Numbered from the stretch's first letter, positions 53,139-62,866 are shown. The stretch is 64,000 nt of DNA from Alphaproteobacteria bacterium MarineAlpha6_Bin4 (GCA_002937775.1 PTKO01000001.1:1294-65293); one strand, 5' to 3'. The notes: generated by a model not told the origin, from the letters alone. Numbers and translations: made by a program.

Positions 53139-54161
53139 TTAAAAATTTCTGTTTACAATAAAGTCAACTATATCCAACAAAACTTTTTTTTCTTTTCTAT
53201 TTGGAAAAATTTCTAAAGCGTCTTTCGCAACAGATCCAAAATGAACTGCTCTTTTTTGGATATCATCTATTATGTTTCTTTTATTAATATAGTTGCAAGC
53301 TTTTTCAAAATCTCCAGATTTTTTTTGTTTTTTTTGAATAGTTCTTATCCAAAAGTTTCTCTCTTCATTATTACCTCTATGGAATGCAATTATAATTGGC
53401 AAAGTAACCTTACCTTCATTAAAATCATTTCCTATTTTTTTACCTGTCTCGCTTTCTATTGATTTATAATCTAAAAGATCATCAATTATTTGAAAGGCCA
53501 TCCCAAGATTCACACCGTAACTATTAAGGGCATTTGAATATATTTTTGGTTTTTTAGAAATTAAAGCACCTACTTGACATGAAGTTGAAAATAATTTTGC
53601 AGTTTTTGATTTAATAATTTCTAAGTAACTATCTTCGGTTGTAGAAAAGTCGTTGTTTGTTAGTAATTGCGATATTTCTCCTTGAATTAATGTAGAAGCA
53701 GTTTCAGATAAGATTTTTAATACATTTGATTGTTTTATACTAATCATTAATTCAAATGATTTACTTAGCAAAAAATCACCAACAAGCACACTTCCCTTAT
53801 TCCCCCAAATTTTATTAGCAGTGTCAACACCTCTTCTTTTATTGCTATTGTCAACTACATCATCATGAAGAAGTGTAGCAGTATGAATAAATTCTACACA
53901 AGCAGCCAATTCGATATCTTTTTTTCCTTTATAATCACATAACTTTGCAGAAGCCAAGCACAGCATTGGTCTAATTCTTTTACCTCCAGCGTTAATTAAA
54001 TGCTTAGCGACTATTTCTATAAAAGGGATATGATTCTTTACTTTTTTTTTTATTAAATCATTAACTTTAGCCAAATCATAACTAACTAATTGATTTAATT
54101 GAGTAAATTTTTTTTGATTTTCTAAATCTTTATTTGTATCAATCTTGTATAATAAAGCCAC
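53139..54161 (-). CDS. ispB: Polyprenyl (octaprenyl/solanesyl) diphosphate synthase
   Basis: 340 aa; trans-IPPS first and second Asp-rich motifs (LLHDDVVD; DDLLD). Confidence 0.88.
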   Translation of the reverse strand: MALLYKIDTNKDLENQKKFTQLNQLVSYDLAKVNDLIKKKVKNHIPFIEIVAKHLINAGGKRIRPMLCLASAKLCDYKGKKDIELAACVEFIHTATLLHDDVVDNSNKRRGVDTANKIWGNKGSVLVGDFLLSKSFELMISIKQSNVLKILSETASTLIQGEISQLLTNNDFSTTEDSYLEIIKSKTAKLFSTSCQVGALISKKPKIYSNALNSYGVNLGMAFQIIDDLLDYKSIESETGKKIGNDFNEGKVTLPIIIAFHRGNNEERNFWIRTIQKKQKKSGDFEKACNYINKRNIIDDIQKRAVHFGSVAKDALEIFPNRKEKKVLLDIVDFIVNRNF

Positions 54162-54221
54162 GTTATAACATTAGTTTTTTTTTTCATTTTCTCAATGAAA
54201 AATAATTTATAATATTTTTTA

Positions 54222-55055
54222 ATGCTGAATTTTTTAAGAAAGAAAAAAATAGTACCTGTGGTTTATTTGTCAGGAATAATTGGCAATGTAGGAGGTTTAA
54301 GAAATGGTATTACATTATCATCAATCGAAAACCTTCTTGAGAAGGCATTTAAAATTAAACATTCAGCTGCAGTAGCTATAATAATAAACTCACCCGGCGG
54401 GTCTCCTGTGCAATCTTCATTAATTTATAAACGAATTAAGAAACTTGCAAAAAAAAATAAAACTAAAGTTATTTTTTTTGTTGAAGATGTTGCTGCATCA
54501 GGTGGTTATTATATAGCTTGTGCGGGTGATGAAATATATGTAGATGAAAATTCTATTGTTGGTTCAATAGGAGTCATATATGCAAGTTTTGGATTTGACA
54601 AATTAATAAAAAAATACGGTGTAGAAAGAAGAATATTTACGACTGGAAAATATAAATCAATTTTAGATTCTTTTCAAAAACAAAAATTATCTGATGTAAA
54701 GAAATTAAAAAGCATACAAATGGAAATTTTTAAGAATTTTAAAAATGTCGTTTTAAAAAGTAGAGGTAAAAAAATTAATAAACAAAATAAAAATATTTTT
54801 TCTGGTAGCTTTTGGGCTGGAAAAGAAGCAATTAAGCTAGGATTGGTTGATGGGATAGGAGATTTAAATTTAGTTATGGAAAAAAAATTTGGTAAAAAAA
54901 TAAAATATATACCAATTAAACCTAAGAAATCATTTTTAAAAAATGTTCTTTCAAAATCTTTTTATTCCAAAGACATACTAGATACAAAAAAAATTATTAA
55001 TGATATTATAGCATATATAGAAAATCGTAATATTTGGGGAAGATATGGTTCTTAA
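54222..55055 (+). CDS. sppA: Signal peptide peptidase SppA, 36K type (S49 family)
   Basis: 277 aa; S49 ClpP-like fold motifs (INSPGGS, VAASGGYYIA, GSIGV). Confidence 0.8.
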   Translation: MLNFLRKKKIVPVVYLSGIIGNVGGLRNGITLSSIENLLEKAFKIKHSAAVAIIINSPGGSPVQSSLIYKRIKKLAKKNKTKVIFFVEDVAASGGYYIACAGDEIYVDENSIVGSIGVIYASFGFDKLIKKYGVERRIFTTGKYKSILDSFQKQKLSDVKKLKSIQMEIFKNFKNVVLKSRGKKINKQNKNIFSGSFWAGKEAIKLGLVDGIGDLNLVMEKKFGKKIKYIPIKPKKSFLKNVLSKSFYSKDILDTKKIINDIIAYIENRNIWGRYGS

Positions 55056-55926
55056 AAAAAATGCTTTATCATTTCAAGATATAATATTTAAACTCCAAAG
55101 TTTCTGGAGTAGTAATAATTGTACAATAATTCAACCAATAGATCTACAAGTAGGGGCAGGTACTTTTCATCCAGCAACTGTTTTAGGAGCTCTAGGAAAA
55201 AAATCTAGAAATATTGCTTATGTACAACCAACAAGAAGACCAACAGATGGAAGATATGGAAAAAATCCTAATAGGCTTCAACACTATTATCAATTCCAAG
55301 TTTTGTTAAAACCTTCGCCTAAAAATATTCAAAGTATTTTTTTAAGAAGCTTAAAATCTATTGGAATTGATCCGAAAAAAAATAATATTCAATTTAAAGA
55401 AGATGACTGGGAAAGCCCAACTCTTGGAGCATCAGGATTAGGTTGGGAAATTAGATGTAACGGAATGGAAATATGTCAATATACTTATTTTCAACAAATA
55501 GGAGGTATTGAATGTAAGCCAGTTTCAGTTGAGATAACATATGGCTTAGAACGTCTGGCAATGTTTATTCAAAAAGTTAACAGTGTTTTTGATATTGTTT
55601 GGAATATAAATAAAAAAGAAAAAAAAATAATTAATTATAAAGATATATACTTTGAATCTGAAAAACAGTTCTCAAAATATAATTTTGAATTGGCTAATAC
55701 CGAATATTTACTTAAAAGCTTTGAATTTGTTGAAAATGAATGCAAATTATTATTAAATAATAATTTGCCATTCCCTGCTTATGAAAACTGTATTAAAGCA
55801 AGTCATTATTTTAATATTTTAGATGCTAGAGGATCAATTGGTGTTGCGCAAAGACAATCTTATATTTTAAGAATAAGATCTTTGGTTAAAAGTTGTTGTG
55901 AAACATATATAAAGCAAGAACTTTAA
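55045..55926 (+). CDS. glyQ: Glycine--tRNA ligase alpha subunit
   Basis: 293 aa; highly conserved GlyQ sequence (FQDIIFKLQSFW, QPSRRP.DGRYG.NPNR). Confidence 0.95.
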   Translation: MVLKKNALSFQDIIFKLQSFWSSNNCTIIQPIDLQVGAGTFHPATVLGALGKKSRNIAYVQPTRRPTDGRYGKNPNRLQHYYQFQVLLKPSPKNIQSIFLRSLKSIGIDPKKNNIQFKEDDWESPTLGASGLGWEIRCNGMEICQYTYFQQIGGIECKPVSVEITYGLERLAMFIQKVNSVFDIVWNINKKEKKIINYKDIYFESEKQFSKYNFELANTEYLLKSFEFVENECKLLLNNNLPFPAYENCIKASHYFNILDARGSIGVAQRQSYILRIRSLVKSCCETYIKQEL

Positions 55927-55932
55927 ATTAGT

Positions 55933-58011
55933 ATGTCAGAATTATTCATTGAATTATTATCTGAGGAAGTTCCTTATTGGCTTCAAAAGAATATATTAGA
56001 ACAATTTAAAAAAAAATTAACTGAAGCAATTATTGAAAATAATTTATCATTAAACAAAAAAATTAATTTAGAAGCGAATTTCACTCATTTAAGATTAGTA
56101 TTTTCATGTACTGACCTAATAAAAGAGCAAAAAAGTATAATCAAAGAGATAAAAGGACCGCCTGTAAATGCTCCTGAAAATGCCTTAACAGGATTCTTAA
56201 ATAAGATTGGGATTTCGAAAGAGGAATTATTAAAAAAAAAAATAAATGATAAAGATTATTATTTTGCAAAAAAAAAAGTTATCGGAAAAAAGGCAGAGGA
56301 TGTAATCAAGAATAGTTTAGAAGAAATTATTTTTTCACTTAATTGGCAAAAATCAATGAGATGGATACACGAAAATTTTAAGTGGGGAAGACCATTAAAT
56401 AATATATTATTTTATTTCAATAATAAATTTGTTCCCTTAGATTTTTTAGAAGCATTATCAATAAATAATAATTCTTTTACTATTTCTAATAAAAAAATTG
56501 AAAAAGAAATAAAATTTAAAAATTTTTCAGAGTATAAAAAAAAACTATCTAGATCCAAAGTTATTTTAGAACAAAGTAATAGGGAGGAAAAGATTAGAAA
56601 TGAAATTAATGCTTTTTGTAAAATAAAAAAAACTTTTTTTAAAAAGGAACATGAAAAACTAATCTCTTTAAATGCTGGTTTGGTAGAATATCCGGATATT
56701 TTATTTGGAAAGATTGATAAAAATTATATGGCACTACCCCAGGAAATTTTAGAAGTAGTTATGATTAATGATCAAAATTTTATTCCTTTGTTTGAAAAAA
56801 ATAATAAATTAAGTAGCTATTTTGTAATAATTGTAGATTTTGTTGAAAAGAAATATGAAAAAAGCATCGTTGAAGATAATATAAAGGTTTTGCAAGCAAG
56901 ATTTGCCGATGCAACTTTTTATTGGGAGAATGATTTAAAAACAAAATTAGAACAAAGAGAAAAACTTCTTTCAAGTATAAAATTTCATCAGAAATTAGGA
57001 TCACTTGAAGATAAGACTAAAAGAATGGAATTTATTGCTTCGAGATTAGCAAATAATTTAAAATTAGAATGTAATTTAAAAAATTTAAGTAAAGCTATAA
57101 AATTATCAAAGCTAGATTTAACAACTGGTTTAGTTAGAGAATTTCCAGAACTTCAAGGTGTTATTGGAGGTTATATTGCTATGGAACAAAATAATGATGA
57201 AGATATTTGCTTATCATTGAAAGAGCAATATTTGCCTAAAGGCCCTTCTGATTTATGCCCAAAAAACAATTTAGGCATTCTGTTATCTCTTTCTGACAAG
57301 ATTGATAATCTTATTGGTTTCTTTCTAATAAATGAAATGCCTACATCTTCAAAAGACCCTTTTGCTTTAAGAAGATCTGCGTTGGGTGTTTTAAGAATTA
57401 TAATTGAAAATAATCTAAAAATTAAATTGGATAGTTTTTTTAGCAATGATGTAATAAATAAATATAATTTGCAAAATGAAAATAATTTTAACAATAAGAA
57501 TCTAATAATTTTTTTTCAAGATAGATTTAGATTTTTTTTGAAATCAATAACTAAAAGACAAGATATTGTTAATGCTTTTTTTATTGAAAAATCTTTTAAT
57601 AGTGATTTTTTAAGCCTTTATAAAAAGTTTTTAGCTTTAAATGAATTTGTTAATAAAGGAGAAGGAAAGAAAATTATCGAATTAAATAAAAGAGCACTAA
57701 ATATAGTAACTATTGAAGGAAAAAAGATGAAAATAAACGATGTGATAAATAAAGGTTTATTAAAAGAAAAATTTGAACTAATTTTAGTCGATTCATTAGA
57801 AAAATTAAAAAATAAAATAGATACGGAGCAGAATGACTTCGAAAGTATACTAAATATAATTTCTAATTTACAGAAACCTTTAAATAATTTTTTTGATAAT
57901 GTTATGGTAAATGTTGATGATGTCGAAATCAAAAATAATAGACTTTCGATTTTAAAAAATGTTTTAAATATATTAAAAACTTATGCAGATTTTTCAAAAA
58001 TTCAGAAATAA
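55933..58011 (+). CDS. glyS: Glycine--tRNA ligase beta subunit
   Basis: 692 aa; follows glyQ; GlyS N-terminal and anticodon-binding regions. Confidence 0.9.
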   Translation: MSELFIELLSEEVPYWLQKNILEQFKKKLTEAIIENNLSLNKKINLEANFTHLRLVFSCTDLIKEQKSIIKEIKGPPVNAPENALTGFLNKIGISKEELLKKKINDKDYYFAKKKVIGKKAEDVIKNSLEEIIFSLNWQKSMRWIHENFKWGRPLNNILFYFNNKFVPLDFLEALSINNNSFTISNKKIEKEIKFKNFSEYKKKLSRSKVILEQSNREEKIRNEINAFCKIKKTFFKKEHEKLISLNAGLVEYPDILFGKIDKNYMALPQEILEVVMINDQNFIPLFEKNNKLSSYFVIIVDFVEKKYEKSIVEDNIKVLQARFADATFYWENDLKTKLEQREKLLSSIKFHQKLGSLEDKTKRMEFIASRLANNLKLECNLKNLSKAIKLSKLDLTTGLVREFPELQGVIGGYIAMEQNNDEDICLSLKEQYLPKGPSDLCPKNNLGILLSLSDKIDNLIGFFLINEMPTSSKDPFALRRSALGVLRIIIENNLKIKLDSFFSNDVINKYNLQNENNFNNKNLIIFFQDRFRFFLKSITKRQDIVNAFFIEKSFNSDFLSLYKKFLALNEFVNKGEGKKIIELNKRALNIVTIEGKKMKINDVINKGLLKEKFELILVDSLEKLKNKIDTEQNDFESILNIISNLQKPLNNFFDNVMVNVDDVEIKNNRLSILKNVLNILKTYADFSKIQK

Positions 58012-58016
58012 ATACT

Positions 58017-58907
58017 ATGGACATAAAAATAATAAAAAAAAGTGGAAAAACAATGCTGGCAAATGCTCTTGTTGAAATTGAAAAAGATCCATTTGATAAA
58101 AAGAGTCTCTCTTTGTTAACTCAAGCATTTAATTCTAGTAGTGGTGAAATTTTAGGTATAACAGGACCACCGGGAGTAGGTAAATCAAGTTTGATTAAGA
58201 ATTTAATAAAATATTATAGAAATAAAAAAAAGTCTGTAGCAGTAATCGCAGTAGATCCCTCATCAAAAAAGACAAAAGGAGCCTTGTTAGGTGATAGGAT
58301 CAGATTAGAAACAGACCCAGGAGACAAAGGTCTTTTTATTAGATCTATGGCAGCAAGAGATAAATTAGGTGGACTTGCATCAATTACATTATCTTCAGCG
58401 TTTTTACTTAATGCAATATTTGATATAACAATAATAGAAACTGTTGGCGTTGGACAATCTGAAACTGATATAGCTAATATAGCTGATACCGTACTATTTT
58501 GTGTTCAACCTGGATCTGGCGATGTATTACAATTTATGAAAGCGGGAATAGTTGAAATACCAGATATTATCGCGATAACTAAGTCTGATTTAGGGGATGT
58601 GGCAATTAACACTAAAAATGATGTTATTAATTCAATAAAAATCGGTAATTATTCTAAAGAACAAGAAATACCTGTAATTTTAATTTCCTCTAAAGAAGAA
58701 AAAAATATAGAAACTTTGATATTTGAAATAGAAAAACAACAAAAAAATAATTTAAATCTTAAAAATAAAAAGAAAGACATTAGAAGTGTCTTTTGGTTAG
58801 AAGAATCTATAAAAGAGCAATTCGGTGTATCGGGAATAAAAAAATTGAAAAAAATTAAGATTAATAAAAAATCCCCATTTCTACAATTTTTAGAAATAAC
58901 TAAATAA
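58017..58907 (+). CDS. G3E-family P-loop GTPase, MeaB/ArgK-like (LAO/AO transport system ATPase)
   Basis: 296 aa; Walker A GITGPPGVGKSS, switch regions, and VQPGSGDVLQ...ITKSD characteristic of MeaB/ArgK; 6 nt after glyS stop. Confidence 0.75.
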   Translation: MDIKIIKKSGKTMLANALVEIEKDPFDKKSLSLLTQAFNSSSGEILGITGPPGVGKSSLIKNLIKYYRNKKKSVAVIAVDPSSKKTKGALLGDRIRLETDPGDKGLFIRSMAARDKLGGLASITLSSAFLLNAIFDITIIETVGVGQSETDIANIADTVLFCVQPGSGDVLQFMKAGIVEIPDIIAITKSDLGDVAINTKNDVINSIKIGNYSKEQEIPVILISSKEEKNIETLIFEIEKQQKNNLNLKNKKKDIRSVFWLEESIKEQFGVSGIKKLKKIKINKKSPFLQFLEITK

Positions 58908-59751
58908 TTATAACTTTGTTTTTTTTCCTTATGTTGCTTATTTTATTTATTTTGAGTAAAGCTAAAGCAATATTATTAAAATGTGAAGTGGTTGATCCAA
59001 TTATTTGATTTTTATATTTTATTTCTTCGGGAGATTTAAATTTTTTTGTAAAAGATTTAATAGTAAATAGTTTTTTTTTTAAAGATCCTCTATTTTTCAT
59101 TTTAACTGTCACCTCTTGCCCAATAAAACAACCTTTTTTCCAGCAAATAGAATTTATATTTTCAAAGTTATATTGTAATAAATAAGCATTATTATAAAGA
59201 TTGTCTTTATCGATATCCGGAATGCAATTCATGATTCTTGTTTTTTCATATTCATCATAATTCATTATTAATTTTTTACTTTTAATAATTTTATTTATTT
59301 CAACATCCTCTTTTTTAGAATTACAAATAATTCTCAATCCCAAATTAATATTTCTTGGATCATTAAAAACTTTTGCATAACTTAGTTTTTTATATTCACC
59401 TAATTTATTTTTTAACCCTAGTATTTTATTTATTGATTTGCCAAAAAATAAAAAATAAGAAAATATTTTTTTTTTACTAATATTTATTTCGCTATTTAAT
59501 TTATACAAATTAAGTTTTTCATTTAATTTTTCCACTCCACTATCTACAGGATCTAAATATATTTTATTTTTTTCTCTAAACAAAAAAAAATCATGAAGTA
59601 ATTTGCCTTGGGGAGATAACAGCGTGGAGTATATTGCCCGATTATTTAATAATTTATTTGTATTATTTGAAATAATACCTTGTAAGAATGAAATTGCATC
59701 TTTACCTTCAATACAGATAATAGTTTTTTTTTTTAGTTTGTAGTAATACAT
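58900..59751 (-). CDS. ygfZ: YgfZ/CAF17 folate-binding protein (GcvT-like fold, Fe-S cluster repair)
   Basis: 283 aa; signature KGCFIGQE (KGCYxGQE motif), N-terminal GKDA.SFLQG. Confidence 0.75.
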   Translation of the reverse strand: MYYYKLKKKTIICIEGKDAISFLQGIISNNTNKLLNNRAIYSTLLSPQGKLLHDFFLFREKNKIYLDPVDSGVEKLNEKLNLYKLNSEINISKKKIFSYFLFFGKSINKILGLKNKLGEYKKLSYAKVFNDPRNINLGLRIICNSKKEDVEINKIIKSKKLIMNYDEYEKTRIMNCIPDIDKDNLYNNAYLLQYNFENINSICWKKGCFIGQEVTVKMKNRGSLKKKLFTIKSFTKKFKSPEEIKYKNQIIGSTTSHFNNIALALLKINKISNIRKKNKVIII

Positions 59752-59788
59752 AAAATTATAATTATAAAATACTTGTTAAACAATTTTT

Positions 59789-60730
59789 ATGAAAGTACTT
59801 TTTATCACTTCAACCAGGATAGGTGATGCTGTTTTATCAACTAGTATTTTAAACTTAATTAAAAATAAATTTCCTTATTCTAATTTATATATTGCAGTGG
59901 GTGAAACTTCTGCTTCATTATTTAAAAATTTTGGCAATGTAAAAAGAATCTTTGTTTTAAAAAAATCTTTTTTTAAATTTCATTGGGCAAAATTATGGTT
60001 TCAAACTTTTTTTAATAAGTGGGATATAATTATTGATTTAAGAGGTTCTCTTATAAGCTATTTGCTTTTAAACAATCAAAAATATGTTTACAAGTCACTT
60101 AATAAACATATTCACAGATTAGAGGAGTTATCAAATTTAATGAAAACAAGGAATCTTCCTTTGCCCTCAATACCTATATTGAATACCGATACAGAAAAAA
60201 TTCCTAAAGATTTTTTAAAATTAAGGAATCCTATTGCAATTGGCGCGTCAGCAAATTGGCCTGCAAAAATTTGGCCATCAAAAAAATTTGTAAAATTAAT
60301 AAAATTACTTTTTAAAGAAAAAAAATTTAAGAAAGAAAGATTTATTGTTTTTTTTGGATCCAAAAATGATTTAAAAAATACAAAAAAGATCGCAAAGCAT
60401 TTTAAGAATTCACAAGTAAAAAATTTATGTGGCAAGTTAAATTTGATTGAAGTGGCTGCTTGTCTTAAAAAATGCAAAATGTTTATTGGCAATGACTCAG
60501 GATTAATGCATATTGCTTCAGCTTGCGATATTCCTACATTAGGATTATTTGGACCTAGTTTAGAGTCAAGGTATGCTCCTAAAGGAAAAAAAGCATATTA
60601 TGTCAGAACAAAAAAGACTTTTGAACAATTAACCGGTAAAAAGAATTTTGATTGGAACACAAAAAAGAATTTAATGAATTCACTTTCTGTTAATAGTGTT
60701 TTAAAAAAAGTTAAACAAATTTTAAGATAA
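59789..60730 (+). CDS. Glycosyltransferase family 9 (LPS heptosyltransferase-like), second paralog
   Basis: 313 aa; GT9 motif IGNDSGLMHIASA...GLFGPS. Confidence 0.8.
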   Translation: MKVLFITSTRIGDAVLSTSILNLIKNKFPYSNLYIAVGETSASLFKNFGNVKRIFVLKKSFFKFHWAKLWFQTFFNKWDIIIDLRGSLISYLLLNNQKYVYKSLNKHIHRLEELSNLMKTRNLPLPSIPILNTDTEKIPKDFLKLRNPIAIGASANWPAKIWPSKKFVKLIKLLFKEKKFKKERFIVFFGSKNDLKNTKKIAKHFKNSQVKNLCGKLNLIEVAACLKKCKMFIGNDSGLMHIASACDIPTLGLFGPSLESRYAPKGKKAYYVRTKKTFEQLTGKKNFDWNTKKNLMNSLSVNSVLKKVKQILR

Positions 60731-60735
60731 TTATT

Positions 60736-62022
60736 TTAGCATTTTACTATTAACAAATCTTTCAAACTAGTTGTGAAATTGGATGAACATCTACTTCTTT
60801 TCATTAACCATCTTTTTTCAATTCCTTCAGATGCAATATGAAGAGAATTTTTTCCATATCTTTGATTTATGTAATCAAATGCACTCATTAAAGTTTTTTT
60901 TCTCTCATTATCTTCTTTAAATAAATGAAAATCTTTATTCTCAGCTTCTAAACCAGATAAAATTACTCCAGCTTTTTGATATAAATATCCTTTTCTAAAA
61001 ATTTTATTTAGACCAATTAAGGTTTTTTTGTTTAAAGTAATAGTGTCATTTGTTGGATAGTCTAAACTAATTGAAATGCTATTTGCGTAATATTCTTTAG
61101 GATTTTTATTGAATGGATTAGTTCTAATATAAAGATTAATATTATTACTAACTAGTTTTTCATTTCTTATTTTTTCCGCTGCTCTAGTTATATAAGCGGA
61201 AACTGCTTCTGTTATATCTTTTAAACTTTTTATTTTTTTTCCAAAAGATCTTGATACACAGCAACTTTTTCTTAATTTAAAATTATTTTCTAATTCATAA
61301 CAAGGTATGCCATTTAATTCCATTTTTGTTTTTAGACCCAATATATTAATATTTTTTCTTACCCACCTGTTATCTTTTTGTGTGAATTCATAAGCATTTT
61401 TTATATTATTTTTTATTAATAATTTAGATATTTTATTTCCAATTCCCCAAATCTCTTCTACTTTTATTTGTTCTAAAATTTTTTTTTTATTTTTTATTTT
61501 TGTAATATCAAAAACCCCATTAATTTTTGAATTATTTTTTACAATATAATTTGCAATTTTTGCCAATGTTTTAGTTTCACCAATGCCAATACTTATTGGG
61601 ATTCCAGTCCATTTTAATATAATTTCTCTTACATTAATTGCGTATTTATAATAATTATAATTCTTTTTGAGACTTGATATTTCCATAAACGCTTCATCAA
61701 TTGAATAAATTTCTATATTAGGAAATGATTGTTCCAGTATTTTCATAACTCTATTTGACATGCTCCCGTATAAAGCGTAGTTAGATGAAAAAACTTTTAC
61801 ATTGTATTTTTTTATAGTTTTTTGCGCTTTAAATAAAGGTTCTCCCATTTTAATACCAAGTGCTTTTGCCTCATTTGTTCTTGCAACTATACAACCGTCA
61901 TTATTTGACAAAACTACTACTGGCTTATTTTTCAGTTTTGGGTTAAATACTCTTTCGCATGACGCGTAAAAAGAATTGCAATCCGCCAAAGCAAACATTC
62001 TTTTTTTATTTTTAATATACAT
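60736..62022 (-). CDS. umuC: Translesion DNA polymerase V catalytic subunit UmuC (Y-family)
   Basis: 428 aa; N-terminus [20 protein letters not shown]...[13 protein letters not shown] nearly collinear with E. coli UmuC; SIDEAF catalytic motif. Confidence 0.92.
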   Translation of the reverse strand: MYIKNKKRMFALADCNSFYASCERVFNPKLKNKPVVVLSNNDGCIVARTNEAKALGIKMGEPLFKAQKTIKKYNVKVFSSNYALYGSMSNRVMKILEQSFPNIEIYSIDEAFMEISSLKKNYNYYKYAINVREIILKWTGIPISIGIGETKTLAKIANYIVKNNSKINGVFDITKIKNKKKILEQIKVEEIWGIGNKISKLLIKNNIKNAYEFTQKDNRWVRKNINILGLKTKMELNGIPCYELENNFKLRKSCCVSRSFGKKIKSLKDITEAVSAYITRAAEKIRNEKLVSNNINLYIRTNPFNKNPKEYYANSISISLDYPTNDTITLNKKTLIGLNKIFRKGYLYQKAGVILSGLEAENKDFHLFKEDNERKKTLMSAFDYINQRYGKNSLHIASEGIEKRWLMKRSRCSSNFTTSLKDLLIVKC

Positions 62023-62404
62023 CGTGAATAACTTTAGTAACAGTTCCCCATATAAATATATCTGATTCGTTATTTATTTTTACATTTCTATAGCTACTGT
62101 TATCTGAAGTTAAGAAAAATTTTTCCCCTGAAGTTTTAACTCGTTTTACTGTTAGATCCCCATCAATAGACGCTATAACTATGGAGTTATTTTTAGACTT
62201 TATACTCCTATCTACGATTAACAAGTCGCCAGAATGAATACCAGCCTGTAACATGCAGTTTCCTTGGGATTTTACTATAAAAGTAGCTAGTGGATTATTG
62301 ATTAAATATCTATTTAAATCAATTTCTCCTTCTAAATAATCATTCGCAGGAGATGGGAATCCTGCACACACAGAGTTTAAATATAATTTCACTTTCACAT
62401 TCAA
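62012..62404 (-). CDS. umuD: UmuD-like S24 peptidase (pol V accessory subunit); TTG/GTG start; Cys at the canonical nucleophile position
   Basis: 130 aa; [11 protein letters not shown]...IDLN and DLLIVDRS...GDLTVKR align with E. coli UmuD (cleavage site, Lys97 equivalent present); GNCM replaces GDSM; 11-nt overlap with umuC. Confidence 0.88.
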   Translation of the reverse strand: MNVKVKLYLNSVCAGFPSPANDYLEGEIDLNRYLINNPLATFIVKSQGNCMLQAGIHSGDLLIVDRSIKSKNNSIVIASIDGDLTVKRVKTSGEKFFLTSDNSSYRNVKINNESDIFIWGTVTKVIHDVY

Positions 62405-62406
62405 AT

Positions 62407-62421
62407 GTTCATGTTTTGTTC
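62407..62421. promoter_or_regulatory. Alphaproteobacterial-type LexA (SOS) box GTTC-N7-GTTC immediately upstream of umuD
   Basis: Exact GTTCatgttttGTTC (minus-strand GAAC-N7-GAAC) 3 nt upstream of umuD start; minus-strand TTGACT(-35)-N15-TATAAA(-10) lies just upstream (62425-62451), so the box would cover the TSS. Confidence 0.6.
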
Positions 62422-62527
62422 TTTTTTATATTGTTTTATTTATAAAGTCAAGGCAGTTTTTGACTTGACTCAATTATGTTAAAATAAATCCATTACTTAA
62501 TTTTTTAAAGTACCTAGGAGGTGCAAT

Positions 62528-62701
62528 ATGGCTGAAGAACTTTCATTCTATGATGTTAAAACAAAAAAGAAGTTTAATACATCAGATTACAGAATTGAAG
62601 ATAAAGCTGGTAGAAAATTTGCAGTGACTAAATCTCAAGAAGGATCTCATGAATGCTGGAGAGTTGTTTCAAAAGATTTTGCTGCAGCAAATGGCGGATA
62701 G
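62528..62701 (+). CDS. Hypothetical small basic protein (57 aa), divergent from umuDC
   Basis: ATG preceded by near-consensus SD (ctAGGAGGtgcaatATG), followed by an intrinsic terminator; not in supplied ORF track (below length cutoff); protein MAEELSFYDVKTKKKF...WRVVSKDFAAANGG. Confidence 0.6.
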   Translation: MAEELSFYDVKTKKKFNTSDYRIEDKAGRKFAVTKSQEGSHECWRVVSKDFAAANGG

Positions 62702-62728
62702 TTTTAGTAAAAACTAATTAGTCTTGAT

Positions 62729-62762
62729 ACAGCTAGCTTTAATAGGCTAGCTGTTTCAGTTT
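62729..62762 (+). terminator. Rho-independent terminator (perfect 9-bp stem ACAGCTAGC/GCTAGCTGT, 8-nt loop, T-rich tail)
   Basis: Inverted repeat read directly, followed by TTCAGTTT; located 28 nt after the small ORF stop. Confidence 0.55.
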
Positions 62763-62790
62763 AGCAATTCTATTTATTTTTTTAAATTAG

Positions 62791-62866
62791 TGGTGCCGCC
62801 AAGTGGAATTGAACCACCGACCCCACCATTACCAATGGTGTGCTCTACCACTGAGCTATGGCGGCA
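62791..62866 (-). tRNA. tRNA-Thr (anticodon GGU)
   Basis: Minus-strand read GCCGCCA-TA-GCTC-AGTGGTA-GAGC-A-CACCA-TTGGTAA-TGGTG-GGGTC-GGTGG-TTCAATT-CCACT-TGGCGGC-A-CCA. Confidence 0.85.
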
